Shown piece by piece: positions 5,897-10,588 of a DNA stretch of 10,588 nt; within the stretch, counting starts at the first letter, position 1; each line of letters opens with the position of its first letter. The position numbers and the translations under genes are program-made. Under the pieces are notes generated by a model that did not search any database, had not been told where the DNA came from, and was given only the letters and a program-made list of their open reading frames with translations. This DNA comes from a virus, in the UHGV virus genome UHGV-0127658; one strand, given 5' to 3'.

Positions 5897-6067
5897 ATGC
5901 AACAGTTCGCTATTGCAGGGGCGGCATCGGTTCGCCCTTTCAACCCGATTTTATCGGTGCAGCATTCACGAAAAAATATTTTAACCGGAGCAGACTTTAA
6001 ACAACCTCGCGTTAAGAGCTTGCTGGATCGTCTTGTTGAGTTTCTGAATCAAAAGGTACAGCCATGA
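5897..6067 (+). CDS. cIII: CIII-like protein (FtsH inhibitor protecting CII), 56 aa
   Basis: The ORF-track entry 5822..6067 is trimmed to ATG 5897, preceded by AAGGAG (5885-5890). MQQFAIAGAAS... parallels the lambda CIII start MQYAIAGW..., and a predicted amphipathic helix (SLLDRLVEFLNQ) follows, as in CIII proteins. Confidence 0.75.
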   Translation: MQQFAIAGAASVRPFNPILSVQHSRKNILTGADFKQPRVKSLLDRLVEFLNQKVQP

Positions 6068-6228
6068 AAAAACCAACTTACGAGGAACTGGAAGAAGCCC
6101 TGAAAGAGCTTAGAAGAATGGCTTTCGCCCGACGCACTAACTCTCACAACTGCGGCCCATTTCAGTACTCGGATTTATGCGAGGACATCATTGAGGTAAC
6201 TCAACTGATTAAGGTCGTTAAGCAATGA
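6064..6228 (+). CDS. Small hypothetical protein (54 aa) at the kil position, translationally coupled to cIII
   Basis: ATG 6064 overlaps the cIII stop (ATGA). Hand translation MKKPTYEELEEALKELRRMAFARRTNSHNCGPFQYSDLCEDIIEVTQLIKVVKQ with stop TGA at 6226-6228. Below the ORF-track size cutoff. Confidence 0.4.
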   Translation: MKKPTYEELEEALKELRRMAFARRTNSHNCGPFQYSDLCEDIIEVTQLIKVVKQ

Positions 6229-6309
6229 GCATTGCGGATACATGGTCAGACGAAGAATTCATTCGTCAGATGAACAAAATGCTCAATCAGCACAAAGAAC
6301 AGGAGAAAG

Positions 6310-6621
6310 ATGATGATTCTGACTCTGAATGATAAGCGTGAAATATCGCAAATCATCGCAAGTTTTACTGATGAAGATTACGAACGAATCAACAGTGAAG
6401 TTGATCGCCTCTGCAAACGGTGCGCCCCAATAAGCGAAATGCTTCGCTCATATAAACCAGATGAACACACTAAGGACGCTATCGACTGGCTGGAAGATGA
6501 TGACTGTGACTATCAGGAAAAAGCCGCTGAATGGTTCTGGTATGCAATAACCAAAAGAGTTAAGGCTGAATATGCCTTCGCAATATTCAAACGCAGACAC
6601 ATTTTTGGAGAAGCAGCATGA
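6310..6621 (+). CDS. Hypothetical protein (103 aa) immediately upstream of, and coupled to, the recombinase gene
   Basis: SD AGGAGAAAG (6301-6309); ATG at 6310 or 6313. Stop overlaps the recT start (ATGA at 6618-6621). Acidic and Trp-rich (DWLEDDDCDYQEKAAEWFWY). No family recognised. Confidence 0.6.
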   Translation: MMILTLNDKREISQIIASFTDEDYERINSEVDRLCKRCAPISEMLRSYKPDEHTKDAIDWLEDDDCDYQEKAAEWFWYAITKRVKAEYAFAIFKRRHIFGEAA

Positions 6622-7520
6622 GCAATATCGTTGAATTCGTTAAACAGCAAGAGCAGTTATTCTGCGGAGCATTGACTGAACAGACGGTGACATGGGCTAA
6701 GGAAAGCCAGTTTGCAATTCAGTATTTCCAGAAAAATGATTACCTGGCTAAAACAGCACTGGCAAATCCAACCAGCGCACAGAACGCCATCATCAATGTT
6801 GCGGCGATCGGAATCACCTTGAACCCGGCCAGCAAACTGGCTTATCTGGTTCCGCGCGACGGCATGGTGTGCCTTGATATCAGCTATATGGGATTACTTC
6901 ACCTTGCACAGTCGACAGGATCAATTAAGTGGGGGCAATGCAAACTGGTGTACTCAAACGACACCTATGAATCAAATGGCCTTGATTCAGCACCAACCCA
7001 CAAATACAACGCATTTGGTGAGCGAGGCTCTATTGTTGGTGGTTATTGCACGGTTAAAACAGCAGATGGTGACTACCTGACTGAAGAAATGAGTCTGGCA
7101 GAAATTAAAGCTGTGGAAGCAACGAGCAAGGCAAAGAATGGACCGTGGAAAACATTCTGGGAAGAGATGGCGCGTAAAACAATAGTTAAACGCGCCAGCA
7201 AATACTGGCCTAAAGCCCAGCGACTGGATAATGCCATTCACCTGCTTAACGAAGATGAAGGTATGCATCAGGAACCAGTTATGCCGCACAAATCAGAGGA
7301 AGATATCCGCGAAGATGAACGGAAACGCCAGCAGGAAATAATGGATAAAGCACAACTTCTTTGTGATGAAATGGCTCAGGCAGAAAACATGGATGATTTG
7401 AAGCGATATTTTGCAGAAGCATATCGTCTGACATCTGGAATGAAATTGCAGCAGAACGTACAAGCCATTTACATAGAATGCAAAGCGAAACTGGAGGTTG
7501 CCAGTGAGCAAACTGTATGA
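6618..7520 (+). CDS. recT: RecT-family single-strand annealing protein (recombinase), 300 aa
   Basis: GGAGAAG 6606-6612 before ATG 6618. The C-terminal motif GPWKTFWEEMARKTIVKRASKYWP is the RecT-family signature as I recall it from Rac RecT and Gram-positive phage RecT proteins. Sits where lambda has bet. Confidence 0.8.
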   Translation: MSNIVEFVKQQEQLFCGALTEQTVTWAKESQFAIQYFQKNDYLAKTALANPTSAQNAIINVAAIGITLNPASKLAYLVPRDGMVCLDISYMGLLHLAQSTGSIKWGQCKLVYSNDTYESNGLDSAPTHKYNAFGERGSIVGGYCTVKTADGDYLTEEMSLAEIKAVEATSKAKNGPWKTFWEEMARKTIVKRASKYWPKAQRLDNAIHLLNEDEGMHQEPVMPHKSEEDIREDERKRQQEIMDKAQLLCDEMAQAENMDDLKRYFAEAYRLTSGMKLQQNVQAIYIECKAKLEVASEQTV

Positions 7521-7986
7521 AATTGCCAATGAATACGCAAAATTGATGGATTCAGATTTAGAACCAGAGATGATTGCTGACACAATAGAAGGCATGGAAG
7601 GAGAATTTACCAATAAAATAGAGCAACTTCTTTCCGTCATTAAAAATGAATCTGGTTATGCCGAACGCCTCAAGGAAGAGGCAAAGTCACTGAATGAGCG
7701 AGCTGCAGTAATTCAAAATAAGATTGACAGCATCAAATCATATATAGCGTCATCGCTTGAAATGGTTGGCAAGAAAAATATTCGAGCAGGTATTCACCAG
7801 GTAACAATCCGCAAACCGTCAGAAATTGTAGAAATCATCGACTCAAGCGCCCTTCCTCCAGAATACGTTGAGTTTGAAACAACAATAAAAGCCGACAAAC
7901 TGGCAATCAAACACCAACTAAAAGCAGGAATAAATATCCCCGGCGCTCAACTCAAAGTTGGGAAACCTTCACTTCTTATCAAATAA
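7504..7986 (+). CDS. Siphovirus Gp157-like protein (recombinase-associated), ~160 aa
   Basis: ORF-track 7498..7986 starts at TTG; GTG 7504 has better spacing from GGAGG (7490-7494). It overlaps the recT 3' end. N-terminal SKLYEIANEYAKLMDSDLEPEMIADTIEGMEGEF and overall helical, coiled-coil character match the Gp157 family found next to phage annealing proteins. Confidence 0.6.
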   Translation: MSKLYEIANEYAKLMDSDLEPEMIADTIEGMEGEFTNKIEQLLSVIKNESGYAERLKEEAKSLNERAAVIQNKIDSIKSYIASSLEMVGKKNIRAGIHQVTIRKPSEIVEIIDSSALPPEYVEFETTIKADKLAIKHQLKAGINIPGAQLKVGKPSLLIK

Positions 7987-7997
7987 CGGTATCGCCT

Positions 7998-8312
7998 ATG
8001 AAAAAGACTCCATGGGAGAAATGGGAAGTCGATTTCTTGCGCGAAGTAGCGACAACAATGCCAGTTGAAGTTATCGCTGAAAAACTGGAAAGGACTGAAA
8101 AAGCAGTAATGGCGAAAGCAACAAGGATTGGCGCTGACATTGTTAGCCGACTTCGTGGAAGACGCTGGACAAGAGCCGAAGTATCACTTTTCGGTAAGTT
8201 CTCCGCAGAAGAAATAGCAATTGCAACCTGCCGCTCAATTTATTCAGTGAGAGCTATGCGATACAAGCTAAAAAAAATCGATGAAGAAAGAGCAGGCATA
8301 CAAATAAATTAA
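7998..8312 (+). CDS. Putative DNA-binding protein with two tandem ~40-aa HTH repeats (GcrA-N-terminal / Myb-like pattern), 104 aa
   Basis: Internal duplication visible by eye: W-E-V-D-F-L-R-E...VEVIAEKLERTEKAVMAKATRIG versus W-T-R-A-E-V-S-L-F...AEEIAIATCRSIYSVRAMRYKL. The pattern W-T-x-x-E ... EIA ... R-(T/S)-x-x-(A/S)-V resembles GcrA-type or Myb-type helical DNA-binding repeats. Confidence 0.6.
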   Translation: MKKTPWEKWEVDFLREVATTMPVEVIAEKLERTEKAVMAKATRIGADIVSRLRGRRWTRAEVSLFGKFSAEEIAIATCRSIYSVRAMRYKLKKIDEERAGIQIN

Positions 8313-8328
8313 CATGGAGTAATTAACA

Positions 8329-8610
8329 ATGAAGCTAAACATCGACCTCGGCAAATACGTTATTACCGGAACCAAACACGACCTGATTCTTAGTGAAAGA
8401 GGAATTATCAAAGAAGGCGAGAATGCAGGGAAAGAAACACTAAGCCGTATCGGTTATTACAGCAAGTTTGAGCATCTGGTTAAAGAGTTATGCAACCGTG
8501 AAATCCTGTTATCTCAGGCGCAGACGCTACAGGATATTCAGCAGCATATCGAGACTTTAGGTATGTCACTTAGCATGGCTATTGACCAGTTAGTGGAGAG
8601 TAAATCATGA
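8329..8610 (+). CDS. Hypothetical protein, 93 aa
   Basis: ATG 8329 with GGAG at 8315-8318; co-directional in a tight gene string; stop overlaps the next start. No motif recognised. Confidence 0.55.
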   Translation: MKLNIDLGKYVITGTKHDLILSERGIIKEGENAGKETLSRIGYYSKFEHLVKELCNREILLSQAQTLQDIQQHIETLGMSLSMAIDQLVESKS

Positions 8611-8771
8611 GAGGACTTGCATACAATCCAGGCATTCTTCCGGCAGAAATGATTATTCGCCAACGCGTAAAGCCAATGCCATCGAGAGAGGAATTGCTTA
8701 AGAGAAATTCTTTTCCATCAGTAAATCAAAACAAATATCTGAATGCGATGTGGCGGAGTGGGAAGAAATGA
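8607..8771 (+). CDS. Small hypothetical protein (54 aa), coupled at both ends (ATGA overlaps)
   Basis: Hand translation [54 protein letters not shown]. Start ATG 8607 overlaps the upstream stop; stop TGA 8769-8771 overlaps the next ATG at 8768. Below the ORF-track cutoff. Confidence 0.35.
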   Translation: MRGLAYNPGILPAEMIIRQRVKPMPSREELLKRNSFPSVNQNKYLNAMWRSGKK

Positions 8772-9361
8772 GACAAATGACACTAATTGAGATGGATGGT
8801 TTTCTGAAAGGTAAATGCATCCCACGAGATTTAAAGGTTAACGAAACAAACGCTGAATATCTGGTGCGTAAATTTGCTGAAGCGGAGGCCAAGATTTCGG
8901 CTCTGTCCGAAGACCAGCAGAAAGCGATTGAGTCAATTAAGCAGGCTGATTCGGCTGTTAAGTTGGCACACGAGAAGTTTTCAGCGCTGGCGGCGGAGAA
9001 TGCGATGTTGAAGCAACGGACACAGCAACTTATCGACATCATTAGTAATACTGACAATGACTACTGCATGTGTGGTTCTGCTATGAAAGACCACGTGCAC
9101 AGCGGATGTGGTTATCCTACTGGCATGTTCGATTATTACTACAACCAGTGGCTGGAGTCAGATAACAAAACCCCAGCCACCGACGCTTTCCTGGCTGAAG
9201 TACGGGCGCAGGGGGTTGAGATGCTGGCAAAAAATCATCAGAGTATCGTCAATGCACTTAAGGGAGATTCTTTATTTTCTGATGGTGAATGCCGACATGC
9301 AGCTATTGTTTCCGCAGCTGTATATTTCGCCGCAGAGCTTCGCAAAGGAGGCAACCAGTGA
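8768..9361 (+). CDS. Ea22-like protein: N-terminal coiled coil plus C-terminal Cys/His-containing domain, ~197 aa
   Basis: The ORF-track entry 8750..9361 (GTG) is trimmed to the coupled ATG 8768. The central region ([52 protein letters not shown]) looks like heptad-repeat coiled coil. A Cys/His cluster [22 protein letters not shown] follows. Position is in the lambdoid ea region. Confidence 0.55.
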   Translation: MRQMTLIEMDGFLKGKCIPRDLKVNETNAEYLVRKFAEAEAKISALSEDQQKAIESIKQADSAVKLAHEKFSALAAENAMLKQRTQQLIDIISNTDNDYCMCGSAMKDHVHSGCGYPTGMFDYYYNQWLESDNKTPATDAFLAEVRAQGVEMLAKNHQSIVNALKGDSLFSDGECRHAAIVSAAVYFAAELRKGGNQ

Positions 9362-9597
9362 GCGGAAAAAGAATGACTAACAGAGAGCTTGTCGATGCCG
9401 TGGTTGACAGAATTGCTGATTTAGAAGCTAAACAGCCATCGCCAGTAGTGCCGGAAGGACTGGTTCAAGCAGTGCGCTTCTATGAGCAGGTAAAACGTGA
9501 GAATCCGCCAGCCGAAACCGGAGCATGGAAAGACGCTGTTGACTGGGTGCTCAAAGAGGCTTGTCAGGTTGTAAACACTGGCATCAAAGGAGAGTGA
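9358..9597 (+). CDS. Hypothetical protein, ~79 aa
   Basis: GTG 9358 overlaps the upstream stop (GTGA) and follows AGGAGG (9344-9349); an alternative ATG lies at 9373. The ORF-track entry 9289..9597 is in the same frame. Confidence 0.5.
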   Translation: MSGKRMTNRELVDAVVDRIADLEAKQPSPVVPEGLVQAVRFYEQVKRENPPAETGAWKDAVDWVLKEACQVVNTGIKGE

Positions 9598-9598
9598 T

Positions 9599-10114
9599 AT
9601 GGCGCTAACACACCGCGAACTCTGTCAGATTGCGTACAAGTTCCTTAAGCGCAACGGGTTCAAGGTTTGTTTTCATGACCGCTTTATAGCTGTAACCAGT
9701 ACCGGAGAACAGCCAGATGCTATGGGATTCAGAAATTCAGCATCATGCCTGATAGAGGCGAAGTGTTCTCGTGCTGACTTGTTGGCAGATAGAAAAAAGC
9801 GTTTTCGTAAAAATCCGTCTCTTGGAATGGGCGACTGGCGATTCTTTATTAGTGAGCCGGGAATTATTTCAATTGAGGATTTACCACCTGGCTGGGGATT
9901 ACTTCACGTTGTTAACGGAAGAGTACGGAAAGTACATGGGTGGCCCAAGGGTAATTGCTGTTGGGGTAATCCTGACGATAAGCCATTTACTGGAAATAAG
10001 CAGGTTGAATGCGATTACATGTTATCTGCATTAAGGCGCATGGAGTTGAGAGGGCACCTTAATGAAATATATGACGGTGTAATTGTTAATAAGAAAGAAG
10101 GAAACGCGGCATGA
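9599..10114 (+). CDS. PD-(D/E)xK nuclease-fold protein (MmcB-like), 171 aa
   Basis: ATG 9599 lies 1 nt after the upstream stop. Candidate catalytic motif: GEQPD(44)AMGF ... LIE(58)AK(60)CS, i.e. PD followed ~14 residues later by ExK. Cys/Trp-rich C-terminus (GWPKGNCCWGNPDD). Confidence 0.65.
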   Translation: MALTHRELCQIAYKFLKRNGFKVCFHDRFIAVTSTGEQPDAMGFRNSASCLIEAKCSRADLLADRKKRFRKNPSLGMGDWRFFISEPGIISIEDLPPGWGLLHVVNGRVRKVHGWPKGNCCWGNPDDKPFTGNKQVECDYMLSALRRMELRGHLNEIYDGVIVNKKEGNAA

Positions 10115-10588
10115 TCACTATTACCAAAGAGCGACTACTGACAATCAAGCAGTGGCGCGAAACATACGGACCTGATAGCAACGTTGTACTGCCAGCAGAA
10201 GAAGCGGAAGAACTGGCGCGGATTGCGCTGGCATCACTGGAACGCGAACTGATTCGCCACGAGCATGCCAAATGGTCTGACTCCACATTTGGCTGCGTTG
10301 GCCCCATTGGTCCACTGAAACACCTCTCAAAAGAGGCTCTGGAAGCCGCAGCCGAACCAGACGATCTCAGCGAGTGGGCTGATATGCAGTTCCTGTTGTG
10401 GGATGCACAGCGCCGTGCTGGTATCAGTGATGCTGAAATTACCGCTGCTATGGAAAATAAATTGAAGATCAACATGGAACGCCAGTGGCCTGAACCAAAA
10501 GATGGTGAGCCTCGCTTGCACATTAAAGAACCCGGCAACTCTCCGGTAATTCCGGATGGTTTATCCACGGTATGCGCTGAGGCTTATC
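10111..10588 (+). CDS. MazG-like / DUF550-type nucleoside triphosphate pyrophosphohydrolase, 5' portion (runs off the window end)
   Basis: ATG 10111 overlaps the upstream stop (ATGA). The plus-strand frame is open to 10588, so it is missing from the ORF track. Region KHLSKEALEAAAEPDDLSEWADMQFLLWDAQRRAGISDAEITAAMENKLKINMERQW matches the MazG-like helical NTP-pyrophosphatase pattern (acidic metal-binding helices). This is the family often annotated as dATP/dGTP pyrophosphohydrolase in lambdoid prophages. Confidence 0.65.
   Translation, partial: MITITKERLLTIKQWRETYGPDSNVVLPAEEAEELARIALASLERELIRHEHAKWSDSTFGCVGPIGPLKHLSKEALEAAAEPDDLSEWADMQFLLWDAQRRAGISDAEITAAMENKLKINMERQWPEPKDGEPRLHIKEPGNSPVIPDGLSTVCAEAY

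Noticed and set aside
6874-7640. ORFs 6874..7080 (+), 6987..7289 (-), 7293..7640 (-) within recT and the Gp157-like gene
   Set aside because: Alternative-frame or antisense to genes with recognisable family motifs.
8698-9380. ORFs 8698..9057 (-) and 9108..9380 (+) within the Ea22-like gene
   Set aside because: Antisense or out of frame with the coupled co-directional gene string; no independent support.
9771-10568. ORFs 9771..10034 (+), 10086..10568 (-), 10145..10330 (-), 10327..10521 (-)
   Set aside because: The plus strand at 10111-10588 carries an open frame with a MazG-like pattern coupled to the upstream gene, so the minus-strand ORFs are antisense shadows. 9771..10034 is out of frame within the PD-(D/E)xK gene.
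1-10588. Searched for CRISPR repeats, tRNA/rRNA genes, insertion sequences, integrase and attachment-site core
   Set aside because: No regularly spaced direct repeats with unique spacers, no tRNA-like cloverleaf candidates, no transposase or integrase-like ORFs and no terminal inverted repeats were seen. The window covers only the immunity and early region of the prophage.

Overview
This window reads as the immunity and early-left (pL) region of a lambdoid, phage-lambda-like prophage, in the orientation opposite to the usual lambda map. All calls rest on reading the sequence and on remembered protein families; no database search was run. Left to right: the first ~206 codons of replication gene O (minus strand, containing the four ori iterons), cII, nutR, a cro-like gene, a divergent OR/pR/pRM control region, and a cI repressor whose C-terminal domain is lambda-type but whose N-terminal DNA-binding domain is not. 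Then comes a strongly AT-rich two-gene cassette exactly where lambda carries rexA-rexB (a ~283-aa soluble protein plus a 163-aa four-helix membrane protein), followed by an intrinsic terminator, pL/OL, nutL, a P22-type N antiterminator, an antisense sieB-like membrane protein, ral, ea10 and cIII. The right third holds translationally coupled accessory genes: a RecT-family annealing protein with a Gp157-like partner, a tandem-HTH protein, an Ea22-like protein, a PD-(D/E)xK nuclease-like protein and a MazG/DUF550-like gene cut by the window end. The best candidate for an undescribed system is the rexAB-position cassette: I do not recognise either protein, it is compositionally foreign, and it has the sensor-plus-membrane-effector layout of a prophage exclusion or abortive-infection module. 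No rRNA, tRNA, CRISPR array, integrase or insertion sequence was seen.
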